This document shows, in pieces, positions 39,903 to 49,616 of a stretch of DNA of 64,000 nucleotides (positions are counted from its first letter, which is position 1; every line of letters begins with the position of its first letter). A model generated the notes under the pieces. That model had not been told where the DNA came from. It worked only from the letters and a program-made list of their open reading frames with translations, and did no database searches. The translations under genes and the position numbers were made by a program. Source of the DNA: a virus. Taxonomy: Duplodnaviria > Caudoviricetes. The stretch covers positions 1 to 64,000 of IMG/VR virus record IMGVR_UViG_2617271079_000001. One strand, written 5' to 3'.

Positions 39903-41315
39903 ATGCGATATAAGGACATACGTAAAGATTTTGTAATGGTCACTTACGTTGAACGCGATTATTGGCCAAATGTCACAAACAGTTTTCTTGAGTTCCCCGG
40001 AGGTGTTGGGGCAAAACTGAAATCAAGTGCACAAGGGGTACGAATGATAAAAGTTGGTTTGGAGGTCCAAGGAGATAGCAGGGAGGACTTACTTCTAAAA
40101 ATGGAAGACCTTGCCGACTGGTTGGTTAGTGAGAAGGAAGAAGAGTTGGTTTTAGATGATGAACCTAGTCGAACTTACTTTGCCAAAGTGGATGGCAGTT
40201 TTAAGCCGACAGACGAGAATTGGACGGAGCTCGAAGGGGAAGTTACATTTCTTTGTCCTGATCCGTATAAATATGGTCAGATTTTCACAAGGACATATGA
40301 AGACGTTTCTAAACCAATTGCTATCCAAAATCTAGGTTCTGCCGAAACGCCTCCAATATTCAAAATTACTTTGAGTGGTCCAACCACATTTCTCGATATC
40401 ATCGGAGAAAATGATTACATGAGAATTGGTCAACCGTATTCTGTTGATCAAACACCATTTAAAAAGTACGAAAGAATATGGTCAGTTGATGGCCTCACCA
40501 TGACAGGATGGGGATCAGCTGGGTACACACCTGATGGAGGAAATAACTCTGGAACAATGAGTGTTGCAAACGGGAATTTTTATGCTTCTAATTACGGTAA
40601 TGGGTCTAGTTGGCATGGCCCGGCAGTAGCCCAATCCATTGGTTCCGTTATTAGCGATTACAAAGTGACTGCTTACTTACATGTTGACGCTAACCCTTCT
40701 CAGCGTGCCAGGTCAGAAGTGTATTTGCTTGATCAATCAAGTAACATTATAGGCAAATTGGCAGCAGTTATGAGGAAGTCTACCGGTGAGGTTGAAATCG
40801 AGATCAATATAAGGAATGGACCTAACTCGAAATATATCCTATCTAAAGATTGGTTGTACCGAGACTTTTTTGGATATATCGACATAATCAAGGAGGGCAC
40901 CAATTTTACTGTTTATATTGCCCAACAAGGAAACAATAATGGAATTTATACAAGACATAAAGAAGACGACTCATTTCCTGATAATAACAATGAATTCCAA
41001 ACGCCGTTGGCTGCTATAGGAATGCATCTCGCCACCCATAGTTCGTACGAGCCTTCACCAACTAACTTTATCAGACGGATTGATGTTGAAAGAATCAACC
41101 AGCAGCCTGAAGGTGTCGAATATATAGGTGATGCTGGTGATATTTTCGAATTTAACCATAAGAGCAAGAAAATTTATAAAAATGGTGATTTGTTTTCCAA
41201 AAAGGACTTTGGCTCTCGCTTTTTTGATTTAAAAAAAGGATCAAATAAGTATGTCGTATATCCACCAAACGTAGTTGATCAATTGCGGATAGAGTGGAGG
41301 GAAAGGTACAAATGA
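39903..41315 (+). CDS. distal tail (Dit) protein with inserted domain
   Basis: LVLDDEPSRTYFAK, FLCPDPYKY, WRERY. Confidence 0.85.
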   Translation: MRYKDIRKDFVMVTYVERDYWPNVTNSFLEFPGGVGAKLKSSAQGVRMIKVGLEVQGDSREDLLLKMEDLADWLVSEKEEELVLDDEPSRTYFAKVDGSFKPTDENWTELEGEVTFLCPDPYKYGQIFTRTYEDVSKPIAIQNLGSAETPPIFKITLSGPTTFLDIIGENDYMRIGQPYSVDQTPFKKYERIWSVDGLTMTGWGSAGYTPDGGNNSGTMSVANGNFYASNYGNGSSWHGPAVAQSIGSVISDYKVTAYLHVDANPSQRARSEVYLLDQSSNIIGKLAAVMRKSTGEVEIEINIRNGPNSKYILSKDWLYRDFFGYIDIIKEGTNFTVYIAQQGNNNGIYTRHKEDDSFPDNNNEFQTPLAAIGMHLATHSSYEPSPTNFIRRIDVERINQQPEGVEYIGDAGDIFEFNHKSKKIYKNGDLFSKKDFGSRFFDLKKGSNKYVVYPPNVVDQLRIEWRERYK

Positions 41316-43153
41316 TCATCAATATCTTGCATCACCAAAGAGACGAGATTATTGGGTGGGTGTCTGAGGTTTATGAAGACAGTCACAAACACTCTATCTT
41401 CAACGAGGAGACTTACTACTTTGAAGCTCCTTCCCAAATAGAGGATATGGACAAAATCTCTAAAAGGAATCGTCTCCTGATTAAAGGGGAAGATGATGAG
41501 TACAGAGAGTTCATTGTTCATCGTACAGTTGATGAAACAACGAAAGGTGTTAAAGAGGTTACTTCGAGAGGGTCTTTTGTAGATCTAAATAAACTCAAAT
41601 GGATAGTGGGTCAGGTACGAGATGGCGAGACCGTGAAGAGTGCTGCAGAATACGTCTTGCTTGGCTTGCCGTGGAAGTTAGGAATTACAGAGTATAGCGG
41701 CATTAGAAAATGGACAATAGATAAACACATCGGTGCTTATGATGCGCTAAAAGAAATCGCGTCCTTGTTCGAATGTGAACTTCGTTTTCGCGTCTCTGTA
41801 AGTGGCTACAAAATAACCGGAAGGTATGTGGACTTCCTAAAGAAACAGGGGGCAGATCGTAATGAGGAAGTTGTTTTCGGAGATGACCTCTTAAATCTTA
41901 AGCGCATTGTGGATACAGATAATCTCATTACTGCTTTGAAGTGCATAGGTCCAGAGCAAGAGGACGGATCTCGCTTAGAGGTTACAGTTACAGATGATGC
42001 AGCTTACCAGAACTGGAACTATAAAGGTTACCATCTGGTCGGTTTGTACGAACCGAAGACTTCAAACCGTGACATTACAGAAGAAGAGCTTGAGGATTTA
42101 GGTAAGACAGAGCTCAAAAAACGAATTAGCGCTGCCGTTGATTATGAAATTGAAGCGTCTGCTCTTGATGGCATCAAACGATTGGGTGACACCCTTAGAA
42201 TAAAAGACGAACATTTCAACCCTCCGATTTACTTAGAATCGAGGGTTATTTATGTTGATCGCTCCATTTTCGATAAAAGCAAGAAAACATTACGTTTAGG
42301 AGAGGTCATTGAATTTACTGAGGAAGAAATATTCAAGGACTGGAAGTACATGCAAACACTATATGGATTCAAGCAAATTAAGTCACCTGTTCCTCCGGCA
42401 GGACGAACGAATTTGGAATGGATCCAAACGGGAACGGCTCAAGGAATTGGGATTTCTCATTATTGGGACTCCCTCGATGAGGTTTGGAGGAAAACAACAC
42501 CTACGGAAGCGCCGGAAGTAAATTCTTATTCCCAAACAGATATTGATTCCAAAGACGTTAATGCTTACGAAGGGGCCACAGTATATACCGACCAACGATT
42601 CACCAATGATGAAGTGTTAAGTAGCGTTGAAGTGACTCCAAGCGGAAATATTCTTCCTAAGAATGGGAAACGGATTACAACACAGCGGTTAGCAGCTGAG
42701 GACGAGCCTGCAGATGGGAATTATCTCAATGTAGAGGGCGGAAAGTTAGTCAGCTATAAGGATGGATCTTCGAGAACCTTAATGAGCATGGGGGACACGA
42801 TACCTAAAATAATTGATGGAAATAAACGTTATGCAGGAGGGCTAGAACCAGAAGCCTATGGCAAAATGTTTTGTTATAGAAAAGAGTTTCTCATCCCCAG
42901 TGCCAGTCACCAATTAGGGGATGTGTACTCATATACAGTCACAATACCCGATTATACGCTCGTGGCCATTAGTGACGTCCTAGACTTTCAACTCACAACT
43001 GAAAGTGTACGATTTAGAGCTAATCTAAAACAAAATTCCTTTGTGACTGATGGAGTAGATTTAATGAGCTTCGATATAGAATTAACTCCTGAAGTAGCAA
43101 TTAGCGGACCATTCACTATCCCTATTTATATAACCATAACTGGTACCAGATAG
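41312..43153 (+). CDS. Tal / tail spike protein
   Basis: Follows Dit; prophage tail endopeptidase-like N-terminus. Confidence 0.8.
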   Translation: MIINILHHQRDEIIGWVSEVYEDSHKHSIFNEETYYFEAPSQIEDMDKISKRNRLLIKGEDDEYREFIVHRTVDETTKGVKEVTSRGSFVDLNKLKWIVGQVRDGETVKSAAEYVLLGLPWKLGITEYSGIRKWTIDKHIGAYDALKEIASLFECELRFRVSVSGYKITGRYVDFLKKQGADRNEEVVFGDDLLNLKRIVDTDNLITALKCIGPEQEDGSRLEVTVTDDAAYQNWNYKGYHLVGLYEPKTSNRDITEEELEDLGKTELKKRISAAVDYEIEASALDGIKRLGDTLRIKDEHFNPPIYLESRVIYVDRSIFDKSKKTLRLGEVIEFTEEEIFKDWKYMQTLYGFKQIKSPVPPAGRTNLEWIQTGTAQGIGISHYWDSLDEVWRKTTPTEAPEVNSYSQTDIDSKDVNAYEGATVYTDQRFTNDEVLSSVEVTPSGNILPKNGKRITTQRLAAEDEPADGNYLNVEGGKLVSYKDGSSRTLMSMGDTIPKIIDGNKRYAGGLEPEAYGKMFCYRKEFLIPSASHQLGDVYSYTVTIPDYTLVAISDVLDFQLTTESVRFRANLKQNSFVTDGVDLMSFDIELTPEVAISGPFTIPIYITITGTR

Positions 43154-43164
43154 GAGGAAAAGAT

Positions 43165-43401
43165 TTGGTTAAATATGAGTGGATTGACAAACAAGAAGTC
43201 ACGAAAAACGATATTGAAAAGTTCATATGTATTAAAGTAAGGTACTACAACGATGAAGGAACAATCAACATTACAGGGATTTGCGAAGTAAGTGGAGATG
43301 CTTCTGATGAAGAAATTGAGACTGCCATCGCAAATAGATATGCAGAAATTCAGCCGGTGGAACCTAGACAATACAAAACAGAAGGTGTTATAGGAGGGTG
43401 A
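43165..43401 (+). CDS. hypothetical tail-region protein
   Basis: RBS AGGAGG. Confidence 0.55.
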   Translation: MVKYEWIDKQEVTKNDIEKFICIKVRYYNDEGTINITGICEVSGDASDEEIETAIANRYAEIQPVEPRQYKTEGVIGG

Positions 43402-43407
43402 TGTGAA

Positions 43408-45483
43408 ATGAGACTGGATAAACTCCATAATTTCTCCGGGATAAAACAGGGTGACACCAAGAGAGTGTTCCGCCTTCAAGCACTAGATGACGACGAATCA
43501 CCCATTAGCCTTACTGGATATAACAGCGTAAAAGTGGTCATAGGTAACGATAAAGGAAAATTATTAGAGTTAACACCAACACTCGAAGCTCAAACGGGTG
43601 TTTTTTCTTTTTCTTTTGACGCTGATGATCTTATTGGCAATGGAGAAATGAAATTAGAACTTCATCTCTCTGATTCCAACGGGAAAGTTAATATCTTGCC
43701 GGAAAGAGGATATTACGAGTTTAAGGTGGAGAAAAGCCTCGATACACTTCAAGGAAGTAATGTTTCGAGTTACACCTTGAATTATTTTATGACTGAATTT
43801 GAAAAGAAAAATACAGTACTGCAAGACGTAGCTGATGAAGCTATTACTACTGCTAATCAAGCCAAAGAAACTTCTGACAGCGTAAGAACAGAACTGGATG
43901 CTGTAGTCGGGAGAGAAACAGATTCCGATGCTATGTCTCGCCAGGCAGCGGTCAATGCTTCAGGTGTTGATAAGGTAAATCTAAAGCAAAGACTTGATGA
44001 TGATTACAACAAAGTTAATGAACTCTTGGCAGAAACGGTGAAAGAGCGTGGAGTCAATATATACAAGCATGAGGACACTATCCCAAATAAAAATGTAGCC
44101 GCAACACCTGCCGAATGGAATTGGACAACAGCGATACAACTTATACTTGACGCTGGTAAAGTCGTGTTGTTGCCTGAAGGGACATTTAGCCATCATTCCC
44201 TGAACTTATTGCCGGAAAGCGCCATTGTTGGTGTCGGTGTCCATAAGACGAAATTGAAATATCTCTCTTCAACAGGGAAAGCAATAAATGCCGTTGATTC
44301 TCCGAAATTTTTGTTAGCTAACTTTACTTTGATTGGTCAAGGTGGTTCGGCGACAGACACTGGAAACGACGGTATTTTTGTTTCGTCTGCTAAAACATCC
44401 GAGGCTGAATACACGAACAGATCGTGGGTTATTCAAGGTATCCGCATCGAGTCATTTGGTGGAACGGCTTTTAACGTAGAAAAATGCATATCTCCGGGCG
44501 GTGCTTGGGGTCGTACCGGGCAATTAATGAACCTCCAAGCCTATAACTGTTATCGCGGATTCAAATTCGGCATTCGTGGAGAGTACACGGAAAGCTTAAA
44601 TCTGATGGCTTGGGCGTGTATATGGGGAATTGAAATCGCAGCCGGCAATACTAAAATCACAAACTCGCAGTTTGACGACAACGCAAATGGAGCTAAGTTA
44701 ACCGGAGGAACGAATAATGGTCACGGGCAATTCATTGGATGCTCGTTTAACCACAATGACGGATATTGTGTGTTATTGGATGGTGTTTCGTACGGTCATG
44801 TTTTCAATGGTTGTGCGTTTTATACCGGCGAACTTACGGTTAAAAGTTCAGCAGGGGTTATATTTGTTGGGGGCTTACTGGGTCCGAATAAAATAACACT
44901 TGATAGTAACACAGGCGCTACATTATTTGACGCTATGCATGTTAGGGAAGATTCTGTTTCTACGATAAATAAAATCGGGACTAATATTTATAAATTCACC
45001 AACTGCATTGAACGAAACACTGGATTATCTAAACTGAACAACTACGACTGTACAGCGTTGATACTGAGAAGAAGCGCGAACGCAACATACACGGCGAGTC
45101 CCATCAAGGTGGCTATGACGGTTCGAGACTTAGAGGTATTCAGAGGTTACGACTACTCTTATCGTTATTCTTCAAACCAATATACTGTCGGCGAGAAAGG
45201 TATTTATGAAATCGCCTTTTCGTTAGACTACTTAATTAGCAGTGGTTCCGGTGTTCAATTAGCACAGATTAATAAAAACGGAGCAGTCATCGCTTCTAGT
45301 CAATTAGCGCCAAAGACAGGGGGAGCAAGCGGAGTTGTAAAGACGACCGTTCTACTTGATGTTGGCGACATCGTATATCCTCAACTATCGGATACTGACA
45401 TTGCGACAGGTACAAGGCAGGTAGTCGCTAGTCCAGAAACGTATTTTACTATGACGCTAGTGCAACGTGTTCCTGCGGTTTAG
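43408..45483 (+). CDS. receptor-binding tailspike: BppU-like N-terminus plus pectate-lyase-like beta-helix
   Basis: IKQGDT N-domain; WTTAIQLILDAGKVVLLPEGTF; N/G-rich beta-helix rungs. Confidence 0.75.
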   Translation: MRLDKLHNFSGIKQGDTKRVFRLQALDDDESPISLTGYNSVKVVIGNDKGKLLELTPTLEAQTGVFSFSFDADDLIGNGEMKLELHLSDSNGKVNILPERGYYEFKVEKSLDTLQGSNVSSYTLNYFMTEFEKKNTVLQDVADEAITTANQAKETSDSVRTELDAVVGRETDSDAMSRQAAVNASGVDKVNLKQRLDDDYNKVNELLAETVKERGVNIYKHEDTIPNKNVAATPAEWNWTTAIQLILDAGKVVLLPEGTFSHHSLNLLPESAIVGVGVHKTKLKYLSSTGKAINAVDSPKFLLANFTLIGQGGSATDTGNDGIFVSSAKTSEAEYTNRSWVIQGIRIESFGGTAFNVEKCISPGGAWGRTGQLMNLQAYNCYRGFKFGIRGEYTESLNLMAWACIWGIEIAAGNTKITNSQFDDNANGAKLTGGTNNGHGQFIGCSFNHNDGYCVLLDGVSYGHVFNGCAFYTGELTVKSSAGVIFVGGLLGPNKITLDSNTGATLFDAMHVREDSVSTINKIGTNIYKFTNCIERNTGLSKLNNYDCTALILRRSANATYTASPIKVAMTVRDLEVFRGYDYSYRYSSNQYTVGEKGIYEIAFSLDYLISSGSGVQLAQINKNGAVIASSQLAPKTGGASGVVKTTVLLDVGDIVYPQLSDTDIATGTRQVVASPETYFTMTLVQRVPAV

Positions 45484-45764
45484 GACTATACTACGCAACA
45501 AACGGAGTGCCTCATCGCTAGCTCTATTTATGCCCACAAAAGGAGGAATGGAGATGAAGAAGTTTGGATTTGTTTGTAGTTTATGTGGAAGTAAGGATAT
45601 CACGATAATGGGCGGAGGGAGAATATATGATATAGAAATATCGTGTGATAATTGTTCAAATACCGCCCATCACTCCGACGAAGATTTTACGGAGAGGACA
45701 CTATAGTTCATAAAAATCCCATCCCATCCCCCTCTATTTTGTTAGAATAAAATCAGAAAGGGGG

Positions 45765-46007
45765 ATGTCCATGATCGAGGTAATTCTAGACCACTCAACT
45801 GAGGAAGACTATTTTGTGATTTCATCTGTTTCAGTAAACATTAAAGATGAACAGGAAAAGGCACGAGTGAAAAAGGTGGTCGCAGATCACAATTTAGAAG
45901 GATCCCTAGTTGATGGTGACAGAGGATTGGCATTGAGAATTGCGGATGTTCTCGGAGTCAATGTTCAGCTTATCGACATTGATACCCAAGAAATCGATTT
46001 AATGTAA
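45765..46007 (+). CDS. hypothetical moron protein
   Basis: RBS; followed by terminators. Confidence 0.55.
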   Translation: MSMIEVILDHSTEEDYFVISSVSVNIKDEQEKARVKKVVADHNLEGSLVDGDRGLALRIADVLGVNVQLIDIDTQEIDLM

Positions 46008-46171
46008 TCAGAACAAAGGAAAAAGAGCATTCAGAATTTACCTGAGTGCTCTTTTTTATAGTTAATATGCTCCTTCAGGGGGCTTTTTTCTTTTTCCTAA
46101 AAGGAGGTGATGACTGACATGAAAATAGAGAGGGGGCGGTTTTATTGGGAACTTCAGGGGAGGAAGCAAAC

Positions 46172-46423
46172 ATGAACAACTATGAAAAAGATATTGTGGA
46201 AATGAAAAGCGATATAAAGCTACTTGAAAAAGAAGTAAGTGACCTTAAAACCACCACTACAAGGCATGACGAGCAAATTACCACATTGAATAACACTTTA
46301 AAAAAGATTGATGACAATACTACTTGGATAAAGAGAACTATAATAGGGGCAATATTTACGGCAATCACTTCTGGTGTAATCGGAGGAGCGATTGCTATTT
46401 TTTATGGATTTGTTCAAAAATGA
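46172..46423 (+). CDS. XhlA-like lysis protein
   Basis: Coiled coil, NTTWIKRTIIGA, C-terminal TM. Confidence 0.85.
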   Translation: MNNYEKDIVEMKSDIKLLEKEVSDLKTTTTRHDEQITTLNNTLKKIDDNTTWIKRTIIGAIFTAITSGVIGGAIAIFYGFVQK

Positions 46424-46438
46424 TGAGGAGGAATCACA

Positions 46439-46711
46439 TTGATCAACTGGAAAATCAGGTTTCTTAATAAAACGTTTTTGCTGCAAGTGTTAGGAGCGCT
46501 ATTCCTTCCCCTTTTGGCTTATCAGGGATTGGCCATGGAGGATCTAACCACGTGGTCATCAGTAGGAGAATTGTTCTTAAATGCGTTTACCAACCCATAC
46601 TTATTAGCAATTACTGCCTGGTCGATTTTCAATGCAGTCACTGATCCAACTGTAAAAGGAATTGGTGATAGTCTTCAAGCCAAAGGTTACAAGGTACCTA
46701 AGGAAAAGTAA
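46439..46711 (+). CDS. holin (phi LC3-like)
   Basis: MINWKIRFLNKTF...DPTVKGIGDS. Confidence 0.9.
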   Translation: MINWKIRFLNKTFLLQVLGALFLPLLAYQGLAMEDLTTWSSVGELFLNAFTNPYLLAITAWSIFNAVTDPTVKGIGDSLQAKGYKVPKEK

Positions 46712-46758
46712 GAGCTGCCTTTTGGGTGGCTCTTTTATTTTGAAAGGAGAAGATTTAT

Positions 46759-47655
46759 ATGCCAACAGTTATTCTAGATCCAGGGCATGGAACTGACACG
46801 TACGAGAATGGTGGAGGTAAAGGGGTTAAGGTAGGAGGGAAAGTTTACGAAGAACATGACTTTAATTCTGATGTTGCCGTTCGAGTCGAGAAGATTCTAA
46901 AAGCACATGGAGTGAAAGTGGTATTTAGCCAAAAGCCTTATTCAAAGGATGTAAGTCTTACTTCCAGAACAAACCTAGCGAAAAGGATAATCCCGAATAT
47001 GTTCGTTTCCCTCCACGCCAATGGGAGTTCTGATCCGGATGTTGAGGGTATTTGCGTATTTGCATGGGAAGGGGCAAAAAACTCTAATCGAATGGCTGAT
47101 TTAGTTGTCAAACATATGAAAGAAGCCGGTATGAAAACACATGGGAGCGGAGAGCATGCGTCCACGTACAATTCTTGGACAAACCTTCACATCACTAGGG
47201 AGCTAGCAAAAGCGAATTTACCAGGAATCTTGATTGAACATGGATTTATGAATAATAAGGTGGACTTCGAGAACATCTTTGGTAAGAATGCCAATTCATA
47301 TAGACAGAAATGTGCAATTGCCGATTCAAAAGCGATCCTTGAATACCTTGGGATCAAATACAAAGGAGAAGCTACAACTCAACAAAAACCAAAGGAGGAA
47401 GAAGAAGTGATAAAAATGGCGGTAGTGGTATATTCAGATGCAGATTTAAGCGTAGGGTATGATTTAGCGAACGAAAAGAAGTGTGGTCTTTACAACCGTA
47501 AGTCCCTAGCGAATGAAGCGCTGAAAATTAACGAGCTCATGGTTGTCGGCGGACCGGCGGAAGGACTTGAGAAGAAGACCAACCGTGTCATTGATCTTTC
47601 TGGTACTGATCGGTGGGATACGCGCAAGAAGGTCATTCACTATCTAGGTAAGTAA
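46759..47655 (+). CDS. endolysin, N-acetylmuramoyl-L-alanine amidase (Amidase_3)
   Basis: LDPGHG, FVSLHANG, ILIEHGF; C-terminal wall-binding-like LSGTDRWDT. Confidence 0.93.
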   Translation: MPTVILDPGHGTDTYENGGGKGVKVGGKVYEEHDFNSDVAVRVEKILKAHGVKVVFSQKPYSKDVSLTSRTNLAKRIIPNMFVSLHANGSSDPDVEGICVFAWEGAKNSNRMADLVVKHMKEAGMKTHGSGEHASTYNSWTNLHITRELAKANLPGILIEHGFMNNKVDFENIFGKNANSYRQKCAIADSKAILEYLGIKYKGEATTQQKPKEEEEVIKMAVVVYSDADLSVGYDLANEKKCGLYNRKSLANEALKINELMVVGGPAEGLEKKTNRVIDLSGTDRWDTRKKVIHYLGK

Positions 47656-47661
47656 AAGTTT

Positions 47662-47697
47662 AGCCCTTCTCAATCGAGAGGGGCCTTTTCTTTTTCT
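47662..47697. terminator. terminator after endolysin
   Basis: GCCCTTCTC-AATC-GAGAGGGGC-CTTTT. Confidence 0.7.
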
Positions 47698-47775
47698 TCT
47701 TCCTTGATCAATTTTGACATTTTATTCACTGTGCAAATGATATCGTAAACTTTCTCCGGATCTAATTCCATCTCT

Positions 47776-48021
47776 TCAAAACGGGAGATGACCTCTACCC
47801 ACGTTTTCTTCATATTCCTTCACCTCATCTTTAATGTCTTCATCCTCATTCACCAGGATCTTTTCCACCAGCATTTCACGGCAACCGTGTTCTCTCCATA
47901 CTTGATACTTCCACTTAGAAGCAAGTTCAGGCAGCTTCTCTCTACTGCATCTAAATTTGTTGAACCTTAAAATGCCTGTGTCTTCAATCCTGATATGTAA
48001 CTTCATGTCAAAATTCTGCAT
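47776..48021 (-). CDS. hypothetical protein
   Basis: RBS GGGGTGA; sigmaA-like TTGCCA-N17-TAACAT upstream. Confidence 0.6.
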   Translation of the reverse strand: MQNFDMKLHIRIEDTGILRFNKFRCSREKLPELASKWKYQVWREHGCREMLVEKILVNEDEDIKDEVKEYEENVGRGHLPF

Positions 48022-48101
48022 ATTTTCACCCCAGAGAAAATGTTATAGGACTTTCCCTAATATGGCAATTCAAATAAATTAAAAATTTCCAAGTCGTACA
48101 T

Positions 48102-48193
48102 GCATAAAAGTGAGCTGCCGCGCATAAGTTGTTAACGTACAACGTGTTAGCAACTTTTTCAGACTCCCCCGGAGAAATCCAGGGGAGTTTTTT
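48102..48193 (+). ncRNA. putative ~60-nt sRNA unit (sigmaE/G-like promoter plus terminator)
   Basis: GCATAAA-N14-CATAAGTT at 48102-48130; strong hairpin with U-tract at 48163-48193; no ORF between. Confidence 0.45.
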
Positions 48194-48218
48194 ATTTGGG
48201 AAAATTTAATTGGGACCT

Positions 48219-48247
48219 GCATTCTTAGGTATGACCGGTCATACCAT
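48219..48247 (+). promoter_or_regulatory. sigmaE/G-like promoter overlapped by a perfect 18-bp palindrome
   Basis: GCATTCT-N14-CATACCAT; GGTATGACCGGTCATACC at 48228-48245. Confidence 0.55.
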
Positions 48248-48280
48248 TAAGTATAGCCAGATAACCAGGGAGGCGATTTG

Positions 48281-48583
48281 ATGAGTAACAAAAATAAAAT
48301 TATCAAATCTGTGTCGTTCAATGTGACTAACGAGGATGATAAAAAGATGCTGAAGCATTTGCTGAAGAGAAACTTCAGTGGTTATGTAAAAAAGTTGATC
48401 ATGAGAGAAATTGAATTAAAAGGTGAGAAAGAAGGAGCGGTTCCTGAATCTAGTGAGACAACGGTCCTGAAAGAAGAAAAGAAATTAACTGCAGCTGAAC
48501 GGCTTGAACAATTAAAAAAGGAGCGGATAGCCGCCCCGGAACGTATTACGTTGAAAGTCGATGGGAAGAATCAAGAATTTTAA
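48281..48583 (+). CDS. RHH-like DNA-binding protein, first gene of accessory operon
   Basis: IKSVSFNV strand then two helices (NFSGYVKKLI); RBS GGGAGG. Confidence 0.6.
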   Translation: MSNKNKIIKSVSFNVTNEDDKKMLKHLLKRNFSGYVKKLIMREIELKGEKEGAVPESSETTVLKEEKKLTAAERLEQLKKERIAAPERITLKVDGKNQEF

Positions 48584-48645
48584 CCAAGGAATGTATTCAC
48601 TGCAAGGCCGATGCCATATCCAACAATTAGCGCAGCAATAAACAT
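48580..48645 (-). CDS. unannotated 21-aa single-TM peptide
   Basis: RBS AAGGAAGTGA; MFIAALIVGYGIGLAVNTFLG*. Confidence 0.65.
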   Translation of the reverse strand: MFIAALIVGYGIGLAVNTFLG

Positions 48646-48674
48646 GTCATCACTTCCTTATGAATGATTGCCTA

Positions 48675-48704
48675 TAGTTTGACCTGTTTATGAATGATTT
48701 ATAC
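48675..48704 (-). promoter_or_regulatory. sigmaF-type promoter for the 21-aa peptide
   Basis: Minus strand GTATA-N15-GGTCAAACTA fits GYATA-N15-GGnnAnAHTR. Confidence 0.65.
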
Positions 48705-48723
48705 ACGAAGGGAGAAGTTGATT

Positions 48724-49068
48724 ATGGCAAGAACAGAAACCATTCCATTCCGTGATTTTATGAAGAATGAGAAGAGATCGGTTCAATTGGACCCTGTAAA
48801 AAAGGTATTGGCTTCCTCGGGATCCATTGCTTTAATGACAATGCCAAGGATGGCGATGGCCGCAGGTGCCGATGCTACCTTTGGTAATGTACATGGAGCG
48901 ATCATGAACGTATTTGATGCTGGGGTTGTATTGGTCATCATCTTCGCGGGCGCTTCCTGGGGCTTGGGGCACCGCACAAAGGCGATTGAAATCTTGATAG
49001 GTGTTTGCTGTGGGTATGTGCTTGCAAGACACGCAGTAGACATTAGGGATTTTCTCAAAGGAATATAA
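48724..49068 (+). CDS. VirB2/TrbC pilin-like membrane protein
   Basis: Long leader ending A-M-A, amphipathic helix, two TM helices around a short basic loop (GHRTK). Confidence 0.55.
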   Translation: MARTETIPFRDFMKNEKRSVQLDPVKKVLASSGSIALMTMPRMAMAAGADATFGNVHGAIMNVFDAGVVLVIIFAGASWGLGHRTKAIEILIGVCCGYVLARHAVDIRDFLKGI

Positions 49069-49078
49069 AATGGCGCAG

Positions 49079-49561
49079 TTATATAACATGCGTCCAACGT
49101 TCCCCGCTTTTTATCTTACTAATAACTGTGTAATGGACTTTGTATATAACCGCAATGTCTTTCAACAACATACCTTTATCAATCAATGTACGTATTTCTC
49201 TTACTTTATCATCGGTCAATTTGGCGTTTGTATGTTCAATTCCTTTAGGTTTATATGGCTTTCTCAATCCTAATTTGTAAGCGTGGATGGTGTTATCTTT
49301 ATATGTGACAATCTCAAGGTTCTCCGGCTTGTTATTAAGTTTACAACCGTCAATATGGTTCACGATCAAGCCGATATTCTTAGCGCCGTATTTAATAAAG
49401 GATATTACTTGATGAACGCCAATTATTTTACCTTTCAACTTTATTTTTTCGTATCCTGGTTTCACTATTTGAGGTTTTCTATTGAGGATTTTTCCATTCT
49501 CATAATCAATATTTAATAAATGTATATAGGTATTTAAGTGTTCATAAGTTTCTTTCTTCAA
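49079..49561 (-). CDS. free-standing HNH homing endonuclease
   Basis: VNHIDGCKLNNKPENLEIVTYKDNTIHA; AKLT...C-terminal HTH. Confidence 0.85.
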   Translation of the reverse strand: MKKETYEHLNTYIHLLNIDYENGKILNRKPQIVKPGYEKIKLKGKIIGVHQVISFIKYGAKNIGLIVNHIDGCKLNNKPENLEIVTYKDNTIHAYKLGLRKPYKPKGIEHTNAKLTDDKVREIRTLIDKGMLLKDIAVIYKVHYTVISKIKSGERWTHVI

Positions 49562-49616
49562 GAAAATACCTCCTTTTGGTTTATTGTACCAAAAGGTATA
49601 TAAAGGAGCAAGTCAT

